Origin: an uncultured Lachnospiraceae bacterium
GTDB taxonomy: Bacteria; Bacillota; Clostridia; Lachnospirales; Lachnospiraceae
NCBI GenBank assembly: GCA_902795895.1
Contig: CADBNB010000204.1
Coordinates: 1-52,904 of the forward strand
Direction of reading: 5' to 3'
Length of the DNA: 52,904 bases
Shown here piece after piece: positions 8,312 through 18,638 of the stretch (positions within the stretch are counted from its first letter, which is position 1; the number at the start of each line of letters is the position of its first letter). Under the pieces are notes generated by a model. The model was not told the DNA's origin and did not search any database. It saw nothing but the letters and a program-made list of their open reading frames with translations. The translations under genes and the position numbers were made by a program.

Positions 8312-9574
8312 ATGAGAAAAAAAATAACCGTCGGGTTATGCCTTGCTTTTTGCTTGTTTGGTTCTGCCTGCTCGTTTGAGAGCACAGATAATGTTGTAAA
8401 AAACACACCGAAACCAAGAGCTCAAGCAACCACAAGCATTGATGCTGCAAATGAGCAGAGAAAAAATCAAATTGTTACGGATAGTACAGAAATTGATGCC
8501 ATGGCTACCACGATTGTGGAGAAACTTACATTAGAGCAAAAGGTTGGTCAGTTGTTCATTGCAAATTTGGAACAGTTAGATCAAAGTGAGGGAGAATTTG
8601 CGCAGCAGAGAGAATATAATACAAATATGGGGGAAACGTTAAGAGATTATCACATAGGTGGCGTCATTCTGTTTTCAAGAAATATAGAAAGTATCAATCA
8701 GACTACCGGACTTATCAGTTCCCTTCAGAGCAATGCAGATATACCGTTGTTTGTATCTGTGGATGAAGAAGGTGGAGATGTTGCCCGTGTAGGAAATAAT
8801 TCAAATATGAGAACTACTACATTTCCACCGATGGAGGAAGTGGGAAAAACAAAGGATGAATCTTATGTGTATCAGATGGGAGCTACCATTGGCCGTGATA
8901 TTAAATCTTTAGGATTTAACGTGGATTTTGCTCCGGTGGCGGATGTAAAAACCAATGAGTACAACAAAGAGATTGGAAATCGTTCCTTTGGAAGTGATGC
9001 AAAAAAAGTGGCGAAATTTGTGAAACAGGCAGTAATTGGTATTCAGGATCAAAATGTCAGTGCTACACTGAAACATTTTCCTGGACACGGCAGTACGACA
9101 GGAGATACCCATGATACTCCGGTAAATGTGGAGGATGACTTATATACCCTTCGTTCCAGAGAATTTTTGCCATTTCAGGCTGGAATTGATGCAGGAGCGG
9201 ATTTTGTGATGGTTTCTCACATTTCCATTAGTAAAGTTACTGAAAATACGGTTCCTGCAAGTATGTCAAAATTAGTGATTCAAAATATGTTAAGAGAAGA
9301 GCTTGGCTTTGAAGGTATTGTTATTACAGATGCCATGGATATGGGAGCAATCACTAAGGTATACGCACCTGAAAAAGCTGCAGTAAAATGTATAAAAGCA
9401 GGTGTTGATATCGTTCTTATGAGTACGGATGTAAGAAAATCCTACGAAGCAGTTTTAAAAGCGGTAAAAGATGGAACGATTTCTGAAGAACAGCTGAATG
9501 CCTCTGTAGACAGGATTATCCGTGTTAAAATAAAGCGGGGAATCATACTTAGAAATACAGATATTTTGAAATAA
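8312..9574 (+). CDS. nagZ: Glycoside hydrolase family 3 beta-N-acetylhexosaminidase, lipoprotein
   Basis: Lipobox LFGSAC. GH3 motifs are present: DEEGGDVARV, KHFPGHGSTTGDTH and ITDAMDMGAI. The size and lipoprotein form resemble Bacillus NagZ/YbbD. Confidence 0.88.
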   Translation: MRKKITVGLCLAFCLFGSACSFESTDNVVKNTPKPRAQATTSIDAANEQRKNQIVTDSTEIDAMATTIVEKLTLEQKVGQLFIANLEQLDQSEGEFAQQREYNTNMGETLRDYHIGGVILFSRNIESINQTTGLISSLQSNADIPLFVSVDEEGGDVARVGNNSNMRTTTFPPMEEVGKTKDESYVYQMGATIGRDIKSLGFNVDFAPVADVKTNEYNKEIGNRSFGSDAKKVAKFVKQAVIGIQDQNVSATLKHFPGHGSTTGDTHDTPVNVEDDLYTLRSREFLPFQAGIDAGADFVMVSHISISKVTENTVPASMSKLVIQNMLREELGFEGIVITDAMDMGAITKVYAPEKAAVKCIKAGVDIVLMSTDVRKSYEAVLKAVKDGTISEEQLNASVDRIIRVKIKRGIILRNTDILK

Positions 9575-9692
9575 TAAAAAAAACTGTTGCTAATATTTCA
9601 GCTACTGTTATAATTATAATAGAAAAAAATGTGTTTTGAACAAAAAATGTTTAAAATATGTTTATTATTTTTAAGGTAAACATGCATGATGT

Positions 9693-9728
9693 GTGGACAA
9701 CAAAGGCAAAACTTTATTGTCCACTTTT
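9693..9728 (+). promoter_or_regulatory. Terminator-like hairpin in the purF 5' leader (candidate attenuator)
   Basis: GTGGACAA (9693-9700) / TTGTCCAC (9717-9724) followed by TTTT, about 40 nt before the purF start. A candidate promoter, TTGCTA-16-TATAAT at 9587-9614, lies upstream of it. Confidence 0.45.
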
Positions 9729-9767
9729 AAATGTTAGATTATGTTGGTGGACATGCGAGGTGTTTTT

Positions 9768-11207
9768 ATGAGTGAATTTATGGACGATGGATTAGACATG
9801 GGATTACACGAAGAATGTGGTGTATTTGGTGTCTATGATTTTGACGGTAATGACGTGGCTTCTTCGGTATACTACGGCTTGTTTTCATTGCAACACAGAG
9901 GACAGGAAAGTGCCGGTATTGCAGTTAGTGAAACACAGGGACCAAAAGGAAAAGTATCTTCTTGTAAAGGTATGGGACTTGTAAATGAAGTTTTCAACGA
10001 AGAAAAGCTGGAAAAATTAAAAGGTGACATTGGTATTGGACATGTTAGATATTCTACGGCAGGAGCCAGTACGGACAGTAACATTCAGCCTTTAGTTTTA
10101 AATTACATCAAGGGTAACCTTTGTCTTGCCCACAATGGTAATTTGGTAAATGCAGTTGAGTTGAGAGAAAAGTTAGAATTGTCAGGAGCGATTTTCCAGA
10201 CAACAATTGATTCTGAGGTAATTGCGTACTTAGTTGCCAGAGAGCGTTTGACTGCACCTACCGTTGAAGAAGCTGTGAAAAAAGCTATGGAGCAGATTCG
10301 CGGTGCGTACTCATTGATCGTAATGAGTCCGAGAAAGATGATAGGAGCCAGAGATCCATTTGGATTTAGACCTCTTGTAATCGGAAAGAGAGACAATGCA
10401 TACTTCTTCGCATCAGAGACTTGTGCTTTGGATGCAGTAGGAGCTGAGTTTATCCGTGATGTTGAGCCGGGTGAGATAGTGACCATCAGCCCTGAAAATG
10501 GTATTCAGTCAGATCGCAGCATGTGTCAGAAAAAGCATGCGAGATGTATTTTTGAGTACATTTATTTTTCAAGAGCAGATAGTAAGATAGATAATGTAAG
10601 CGTTTACAATTCAAGAATTATGGCTGGTAAGATTTTGGCAGAGGAGCATCCTGTAGAGGCGGATATCGTATTTGGTGTTCCAGAGTCAGGAAATGTAGCA
10701 GCTCTTGGATTTGCTTTACAGTCAGGAATTCCATATGGAATGGGATTTATGAAGAACAATTACATCGGAAGAACATTTATCAAACCAAAGCAGTCGGTTC
10801 GCGAATCGGCAGTGAAGATCAAGTTAAATGCTCTTAGAGATGTAGTGGAAGGTAAGAGAGTCGTTATGGTAGATGACTCTATTGTACGAGGAACTACCTG
10901 TGACCGTATTATTGGTATGCTTAAGGAGGCAGGTGCTACAGAGGTACATGTACGTATCAGTTCACCACCATTCTTGTATCCATGCTATTTTGGAACAGAT
11001 GTGCCATCCAGCGACCAGTTGATTGCTTATCATCACAGTGTAGATGAAATCTGCAAGATGATTGGTGCAGACAGTTTAGGATATTTATCATTAGACCGTT
11101 TGGATGAATTAGTTGACGGTTCTAAGGGATATTGTGATGCCTGCTTTAGCGGTAATTATCCGGTGGAGCCTCCAAAGGGTGACATCCGTGGAGAGTATGA
11201 CCGTTAA
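9768..11207 (+). CDS. purF: Amidophosphoribosyltransferase (glutamine PRPP amidotransferase)
   Basis: A propeptide precedes the catalytic CGVFGV. PRTase motif VVMVDDSIVRGTT. The C-terminal CDACFSG fits the Fe-S type. The ATG at 9768 is preferred over 9741. Confidence 0.97.
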   Translation: MSEFMDDGLDMGLHEECGVFGVYDFDGNDVASSVYYGLFSLQHRGQESAGIAVSETQGPKGKVSSCKGMGLVNEVFNEEKLEKLKGDIGIGHVRYSTAGASTDSNIQPLVLNYIKGNLCLAHNGNLVNAVELREKLELSGAIFQTTIDSEVIAYLVARERLTAPTVEEAVKKAMEQIRGAYSLIVMSPRKMIGARDPFGFRPLVIGKRDNAYFFASETCALDAVGAEFIRDVEPGEIVTISPENGIQSDRSMCQKKHARCIFEYIYFSRADSKIDNVSVYNSRIMAGKILAEEHPVEADIVFGVPESGNVAALGFALQSGIPYGMGFMKNNYIGRTFIKPKQSVRESAVKIKLNALRDVVEGKRVVMVDDSIVRGTTCDRIIGMLKEAGATEVHVRISSPPFLYPCYFGTDVPSSDQLIAYHHSVDEICKMIGADSLGYLSLDRLDELVDGSKGYCDACFSGNYPVEPPKGDIRGEYDR

Positions 11208-11339
11208 TAGTTATGTACATTCGATAAAGAATGTAAAGCAGGAATAGTTTTAGATGTATGTTATTAATTTTAATATGTTCTCTTGGAGTATTTTAAACAA
11301 GAATTCCGAGAGAACATTAGTCAAGAAAGGAGTACCAAA

Positions 11340-12773
11340 ATGAGTACAGATTGTTATTCAAGCCCATTGTCGGAAAGATACGCAAGTAAGGAGATGCAGT
11401 ACATTTTCTCACAGGATATGAAGTTTAAAACATGGAGAAAGTTATGGATTGCATTGGCAGAGGCTGAGCGTGAATTAGGATTGGATATTACGCAGGAGCA
11501 GATTGATGAGTTAAAAGCTCATCAGGATGACATCAATTATGAAGTTGCAAAGGAACGCGAAAAGTTAGTTCGTCATGATGTTATGTCTCATGTATATGCA
11601 TACGGACAGCAGTGTCCAAAGGCAAAAGGAATTATTCATCTTGGTGCTACTTCTTGTTACGTTGGAGATAACACAGATGTTATCATTATGACAGAAGCAT
11701 TGAAATTAGTGAAAAAGAAAGTTGTAAACGTAATCAACGAATTATCTAAGTTTGCAATGGAATACAAGGGATTGCCTACATTGGCATTTACACATTTCCA
11801 GCCTGCACAGCCAACAACTGTTGGTAAGAGAGCAACTCTTTGGATGATGGAGTTACTTATGGACTTAGAAGACATCGATTACACCATCGAGAACATGAAG
11901 TTGTTAGGATGTAAAGGTACAACAGGAACACAGGCTAGTTTCAAAGAATTGTTCGATGGAGATACAGAAAAGATTCAGCAGGTAGATAAATTAATCGCTA
12001 AGAAGATGGGATTTGACCGTACATTCCCAGTTTCTGGACAGACATATTCAAGAAAATTAGATACAAAGGTTGTTAACGTTTTAGCAGGTATTGCAGCAAG
12101 TGCTCATAAGTTCTCAAACGATATCCGTTTGTTACAGCACTTAAAAGAAGTTGAAGAACCATTTGAAAAGAACCAGATTGGATCTTCTGCTATGGCATAC
12201 AAGAGAAATCCTATGAGAAGTGAGAGAATTGCTTCTCTTGCTCGTTTCGTTATGTGTGATGCTATGAACCCTGCAATTACATCAGCTACACAGTGGTTTG
12301 AGAGAACTTTGGATGACTCTGCAAACAAGAGACTTAGTGTTCCAGAAGCATTCCTTGCTATTGATGGAATTTTGGATTTATACTTAAACGTAGTAGACGG
12401 ATTGGTAGTATATCCTAAGGTTATCGAGAAGAGATTGATGGCTGAATTACCATTTATGGCAACAGAAAACATCATGATGGATGCCGTAAAAGCTGGTGGA
12501 GATCGTCAGGAATTGCATGAAAAGATCCGTACATTGTCTATGCAGGCAGGTAAGAATGTAAAAGAAGAAGGTTTGGACAACAACTTGTTAGAGTTAATCG
12601 CAGCAGATCCTGCATTTAATTTAACATTGGAAGAACTTCAGAAAACAATGGATCCAAGTAAGTATACAGGACGTTCAGAAGAGCAGGTTGAGGAATTTGT
12701 AAAAGAATACATTGAGCCAGTTCTTGCTGAAAATAAAGAATTAATCGGATTAAAGGCTGAGATTAACGTATAA
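11340..12773 (+). CDS. purB: Adenylosuccinate lyase
   Basis: Contains SPLSERYASKEM, the fumarate-lyase signature GSSAMAYKRNP and the PurB C-terminal domain. The ATG at 11340 follows an AAAGGAG RBS. Confidence 0.97.
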   Translation: MSTDCYSSPLSERYASKEMQYIFSQDMKFKTWRKLWIALAEAERELGLDITQEQIDELKAHQDDINYEVAKEREKLVRHDVMSHVYAYGQQCPKAKGIIHLGATSCYVGDNTDVIIMTEALKLVKKKVVNVINELSKFAMEYKGLPTLAFTHFQPAQPTTVGKRATLWMMELLMDLEDIDYTIENMKLLGCKGTTGTQASFKELFDGDTEKIQQVDKLIAKKMGFDRTFPVSGQTYSRKLDTKVVNVLAGIAASAHKFSNDIRLLQHLKEVEEPFEKNQIGSSAMAYKRNPMRSERIASLARFVMCDAMNPAITSATQWFERTLDDSANKRLSVPEAFLAIDGILDLYLNVVDGLVVYPKVIEKRLMAELPFMATENIMMDAVKAGGDRQELHEKIRTLSMQAGKNVKEEGLDNNLLELIAADPAFNLTLEELQKTMDPSKYTGRSEEQVEEFVKEYIEPVLAENKELIGLKAEINV

Positions 12774-12807
12774 TTTGGTATTTGAATTATATAATTAGAT
12801 AAACGTG

Positions 12808-12850
12808 AAAGGCTGAGTGTTAACGGCAAAGAAGTTAACATTCGGCCTTT
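12808..12850 (+). terminator. Rho-independent terminator after purB
   Basis: 17-bp stem AAAGGCTGAGTGTTAAC / GTTAACATTCGGCCTTT with two wobble pairs, followed by a T-rich tail. Confidence 0.7.
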
Positions 12851-12866
12851 TATTGTTTTGAGGTGA

Positions 12867-14306
<1,440 letters not shown>

Positions 14307-14380
14307 ATGCTCCGTGACAGGTCTCGTGGCGTGAAATTTGAAACAAAATGAGTGGATGATTCTTTGAAATTGAATAAATA

Positions 14381-14433
14381 AAAAAGGTGCAGTTGCTATG
14401 ACGAATTATCGTCGGTTGCAACTGCACCTTTTT
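14381..14433. terminator. Bidirectional rho-independent terminator between convergent purA and a small ORF
   Basis: GGTGCAGTTGC (14386-14396) / GCAACTGCACC (14418-14428), flanked by A5 upstream and T5 downstream. Confidence 0.8.
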
Positions 14434-14504
14434 GAAATATAGAAAATTTGTATTCTTTACAAATATATCTTCTAGCATTCGTGCACAAAATGTGCTATAT
14501 GTAA

Positions 14505-14732
14505 TTAAATTTGCTCTAATAAGCTATCTTCAAACACAGTGATGTATTGTTTCCAAATAGGATAATTTACATGATTTGGATACTTCTCTGTATAATGTTC
14601 GAAAATGCTGATATACTTTTCCAAAAGTTTTGGACGAGTAGTAGCAATTGTAATGAAATCCCCGTTTAATGTTTCACATTTAGTGAAATCAATTTCGTTA
14701 ATATCCAATGATTCGTCTGTGAATAATCTCAT
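14505..14732 (-). CDS. Hypothetical small protein (75 aa)
   Basis: ORF 14505..14798(-). The ATG at 14732 follows an AAAGGGGGA RBS, and the terminator at 14381-14433 lies downstream. I do not recognise a family. Confidence 0.55.
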   Translation of the reverse strand: MRLFTDESLDINEIDFTKCETLNGDFITIATTRPKLLEKYISIFEHYTEKYPNHVNYPIWKQYITVFEDSLLEQI

Positions 14733-14907
14733 ATCCGAGTCCCCCTTTATAATTATTTGATATTGTGTACTCACACCCAATAATTCACATTTTAGCATAG
14801 TTGTTTCGCTTTTTCAAGTATTTGTAAACGATTTAAGAAAAATGTAACAAATGTAATAAAGTTTATCGTTTTTGAGGAATAGTTTCTAATATTTGTAATA
14901 GTTTATG

Positions 14908-14937
14908 TTGAATGTTGAGCCTTGATAGTGTTATAAT
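14908..14937 (+). promoter_or_regulatory. Candidate sigma-70 promoter of the six-gene operon
   Basis: TTGAAT (14908-14913), an 18-nt spacer, then a TG-extended TATAAT (14932-14937), about 35-45 nt before the first start codon. Confidence 0.4.
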
Positions 14938-14970
14938 GGAGTTATATTGTTAGTTCGTAAAAGTGCGTAG

Positions 14971-17900
14971 GTGGAAAAAGTGAAAGAAAAAATTACACAA
15001 TTATCAAGAGAAAGATTTGAGTACGATTTACCGAAATTAGTGTGCTCAAGAGAAAAATTAGAAATCGAGGTTGAGACGGGAAAAGTTGCAAAGGGTACGT
15101 TTGTACTGGGAAATACTGCTGGAAGACAGATGAAAGGACTTCTTTATTCATCTTCTCATCTGTTGGAACTTGAGATGACGTCTTTTGTGGGAGAAGAGAC
15201 GGAAATCGGATATGAATTTCATGCAGAAGATATCAGAGCGAAGGATAAGATTAATGGGCAGATCAGCGTTGTAAGTTCATGTGGAGAGATGGAATTACCA
15301 TTTGAAATTACAGTGTTGGAGAAGTTTATTGATTCACCTTTTGGTGAAGTGCGCGATTTATTCCAGTTTGCAAATCTGGCAAGATTAAATTGGCCTCAGG
15401 CGGTTAGTATTTTCAAGACAGATGCTTTTAAGGAAATATTCTTGAAAAAAGATATTGATGTGAGAAATCTGTATGAAGGACTTGTTCAAAGTGGAAAGTA
15501 CAACCAGGCATTGGAAGAATTTTTAGTATACATTCAGAAGAAGGAGCGCATGGTTCTTGAAGTGGAACAGCAGTCCTATTCTTTTGATGTAAAAAAAGAA
15601 AATGTGACGGATCAGATTGTTGTAAAGAAGAATTCCTGGGGATTTCTTGATGCAAAGATTTATTGTGATCAGCCATTTGTCCAGATTTCAAAGCAGGAAT
15701 TGACAGTTTCTGATTTTATTGGCGATGGGTGTCTTTTGGATTTTGAAGTTGACAACAGTCAGCTTCGTATTGGAAAAAATGTTGCACACATTACTATTCA
15801 GACCGCATTTCAGACCATTACCGTTGATGTTACCGTTGAGAAAAACGTGAAGCATATGGAATTGGATTACGATGAGGGAAAGATTAAAAAATGCGAAGTA
15901 ATATTGGTTGAAAGATACTTAGATTTGAGAAATAATCGTATTTCTGTTGCAGATTATGTTGCTGATATGCGAGATGCAATTACAAAACTTGACAGAATGC
16001 TGGCGGTAAAGAGAAATCTGGGTGAGTTGGGATACACCAGACGTTTGGATTTATATCGGATGCATCTTTATATGGTGGAAGGCAATAAGCAAAAAGTGCA
16101 GGAAATGATTGATGTGTTGGAACGGGAAGCTCATATTATGAAGCGCAATACCTTGGTTGATTATTGTGGATATATGTATTTGAAGGCTTTATATAGCAGA
16201 AGAGAACCTGATTTGCAGAATGCATTGCGTGAATTAAGAGAGTGCTTTAAACAGGAACCAAATTCATGGGAAATCCTTTGGATGATGATGTTTTTGGATG
16301 AAAAGTTTGAACAGGAGCCTGCAGAGAAGATAGTTGCTATCAGTGAGCAGTACGAAAGAGGATGCCGTAGTCCGATTTTATATTACGAAGTATGTAATAT
16401 CATCAATCAGGATCCGACGTTACTGAAAGAATTAACGCCATGTCTGCTTCAGGTTGTGAATATGGGCGTAAAATACATATTACTTTCAGAACCTGTGGCT
16501 GTGCAGTTTGCGTATCTTGCAGAACGCGAGAAGAAGTACAATCAACTGGTAATAAAAAATCTTGTTTACTTCTATGAAAAATATAAAAACAAAGATGTAT
16601 TATCTGCAATCTGCAGTATTATGATTAAGGCGGATATGTCTTCGATAGGCTGCTTTGAATGGTATGATACCGGAGTGAAGGAACAGTTACATCTGACACA
16701 GTTATATGAATATTACATGTATTCTATCGATGAAACCTATGAAGGTTTGTTGCCACAGGATGTATATTTGTATTTTTCATACAACACCAATTTATCAGAC
16801 GATAAAAAAGCATTTTTATATGCAAATGTTGTGAAGCATAAGAAAGAGTTAACGGAAATTTATCCGATGTTTGAAAGTCAGATACGTCTTTATGTTCAGG
16901 AACAACAGCAAAAAGGAAAGATAAACAGTCACTTGGCTGTGCTGTATAGGGAATTTATTTCTGTAAATGATATTAGTTCGTCTGTTGCACAGACATTGCC
17001 AAATATATTGTTTAAACAGCGTATCCACTGCACGCATCCAGGAATTACAGGTGTGGTTGTGAGACATAAAGAATCGGATGAGGAAATTATTGTGTCTTTG
17101 GATGAATACGGAGATGCATATGTAGATATTTTCACGGAGCATGCAAAGATATTCCTGCTTTCTTCTAACGGAAGAAGATATGTTACGAGTATTCCGTATG
17201 AGCAGGAGAAACTCATGACGAGAAATGCATTGGCGGAAGTATGTTTCCAAAAGGCTCCGAATAACCGTATGCTTTGCATGTACATATATGAAAAGATTGA
17301 ATATTATCATAAGAGAAATATTAAGATTAATGATCTTCAAAAATATATGGATGTGGATTGGTTGAAGCCGGAATATCGTAAAAAGTGGATTATGAAGCTG
17401 ATACAGAATTATTACGATAATTATGAGGGCGACGCCTTAGAAGCATTGTTGCAGGAGATTGATCTTCAGGGAATGCGTAGCTCTCAGAGAAAGCTCATTA
17501 CAGAGTATTGTATTATCCGTGGATTGTATGCACGCGCCTATGAGCAGATTTGTGAATACAGTTTTGAAGGTATCACTGTAAAGAGACTTAGAGCATTGTG
17601 CTCGAAGATGATTAAACAAAAAGGTATGGAAGAAGAAGATCAGGTTCTTTCTAATATGGCTTTTTATGTGTTTAAGAGTGGAAAATATGATGAAAATATT
17701 TTATTGTATCTGGTTCGTTTTTACCTTGGTACTACTAGGGATATGATTTTGGTTTGGAGAGAAGCCAGAGAATATGATATGGATACTATAGATTTGGAAG
17801 AACGTTTGCTTGGTCAGATTTTGTTTGCGGAAAGTTATGTAAAGGATGCCATGGACGTATTTTTATCTTTCTACGGAAGAGGAAGAAACCGTACGTTGAT

Positions 17901-18573
17901 TAAAGCGTTTGTAAGCTATTATTCTTTCAAGTATGTTGTAAAAGACAGAGTTTTAGATCCGGCGTTTTTTGAAATTGTTCGCAAGGAATTAGAAATTGAG
18001 GACAATGCATCTGCGCTTTACGCACTTCTAAAGTATTACAGTACGCTTGATAGTTGGAATGACGATCAAAAAGTATTTATCAAGGAAAAAGTGGATGTAT
18101 TGATGGAGAAAGGCATTATTTTCCCATTCTTCAAAAACTTCACAAAAGCATTAAAGTTCCATGGTGGATTGGAACATATGGTGTTTGTGGAATATCGTAC
18201 ATTGCCTGAGCGTCAGGTAGTTTTACATTACTTTGTGGAAGACGAGGAAATGGGAGAAGGATTTAATGAGATACCACTTAAGAACATGTACGGTGGCATT
18301 TATGTGCAGTCTTTCATGCTATTCCAAAACGAAACTTTGCAGTATTACATCGAAGAAGTTGTAGAGGATGAAGAACCGGTGATTACAGAGAGCATCACGG
18401 TGAAGGGCGCTGTGCAGATGGACGTGGAAGAAGAGGAAGAAGATTTGTTTGCACAGATTAATTTAATGCTTATGGCCCGTGAAATGAAAGATGAGAAGAC
18501 TTTATTGACGGCATTAAGACATTATGCGAAAAATCAATATGCATTTGAGCATGCATTTAAAATGAAAGAGTAA
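14971..18573 (+). CDS. Giant (about 1200 aa) soluble protein of unknown function: two N-terminal beta-sandwich-like segments, a long helical-repeat body and an acidic C-terminal beta-rich region
   Basis: Uninterrupted 3.6-kb ORF with GTG at 14971. The in-frame GTG at 14980 has better spacing to the RBS GGTGG. No TM segments or catalytic motifs are recognisable. It may correspond to Pfam DUF5717, but that is an unverified recollection. Confidence 0.85.
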   Translation: MEKVKEKITQLSRERFEYDLPKLVCSREKLEIEVETGKVAKGTFVLGNTAGRQMKGLLYSSSHLLELEMTSFVGEETEIGYEFHAEDIRAKDKINGQISVVSSCGEMELPFEITVLEKFIDSPFGEVRDLFQFANLARLNWPQAVSIFKTDAFKEIFLKKDIDVRNLYEGLVQSGKYNQALEEFLVYIQKKERMVLEVEQQSYSFDVKKENVTDQIVVKKNSWGFLDAKIYCDQPFVQISKQELTVSDFIGDGCLLDFEVDNSQLRIGKNVAHITIQTAFQTITVDVTVEKNVKHMELDYDEGKIKKCEVILVERYLDLRNNRISVADYVADMRDAITKLDRMLAVKRNLGELGYTRRLDLYRMHLYMVEGNKQKVQEMIDVLEREAHIMKRNTLVDYCGYMYLKALYSRREPDLQNALRELRECFKQEPNSWEILWMMMFLDEKFEQEPAEKIVAISEQYERGCRSPILYYEVCNIINQDPTLLKELTPCLLQVVNMGVKYILLSEPVAVQFAYLAEREKKYNQLVIKNLVYFYEKYKNKDVLSAICSIMIKADMSSIGCFEWYDTGVKEQLHLTQLYEYYMYSIDETYEGLLPQDVYLYFSYNTNLSDDKKAFLYANVVKHKKELTEIYPMFESQIRLYVQEQQQKGKINSHLAVLYREFISVNDISSSVAQTLPNILFKQRIHCTHPGITGVVVRHKESDEEIIVSLDEYGDAYVDIFTEHAKIFLLSSNGRRYVTSIPYEQEKLMTRNALAEVCFQKAPNNRMLCMYIYEKIEYYHKRNIKINDLQKYMDVDWLKPEYRKKWIMKLIQNYYDNYEGDALEALLQEIDLQGMRSSQRKLITEYCIIRGLYARAYEQICEYSFEGITVKRLRALCSKMIKQKGMEEEDQVLSNMAFYVFKSGKYDENILLYLVRFYLGTTRDMILVWREAREYDMDTIDLEERLLGQILFAESYVKDAMDVFLSFYGRGRNRTLIKAFVSYYSFKYVVKDRVLDPAFFEIVRKELEIEDNASALYALLKYYSTLDSWNDDQKVFIKEKVDVLMEKGIIFPFFKNFTKALKFHGGLEHMVFVEYRTLPERQVVLHYFVEDEEMGEGFNEIPLKNMYGGIYVQSFMLFQNETLQYYIEEVVEDEEPVITESITVKGAVQMDVEEEEEDLFAQINLMLMAREMKDEKTLLTALRHYAKNQYAFEHAFKMKE

Positions 18574-18638
18574 ACATAGATTAGACACCAAAATAGATAA
18601 TGATGAAAGAGATTACGACTTAAGGAAGGAGGATAAAA

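Noticed and set aside
16849-17340. Antisense ORFs inside long genes (this one, plus for example 24602..25078, 28510..29103, 49910..50500 and 51394..51996)
   Set aside because: They lie fully within well-supported genes on the opposite strand, have low-complexity or Cys/Ser/Phe-rich translations and lack an RBS. They are typical shadow ORFs in AT-rich DNA.
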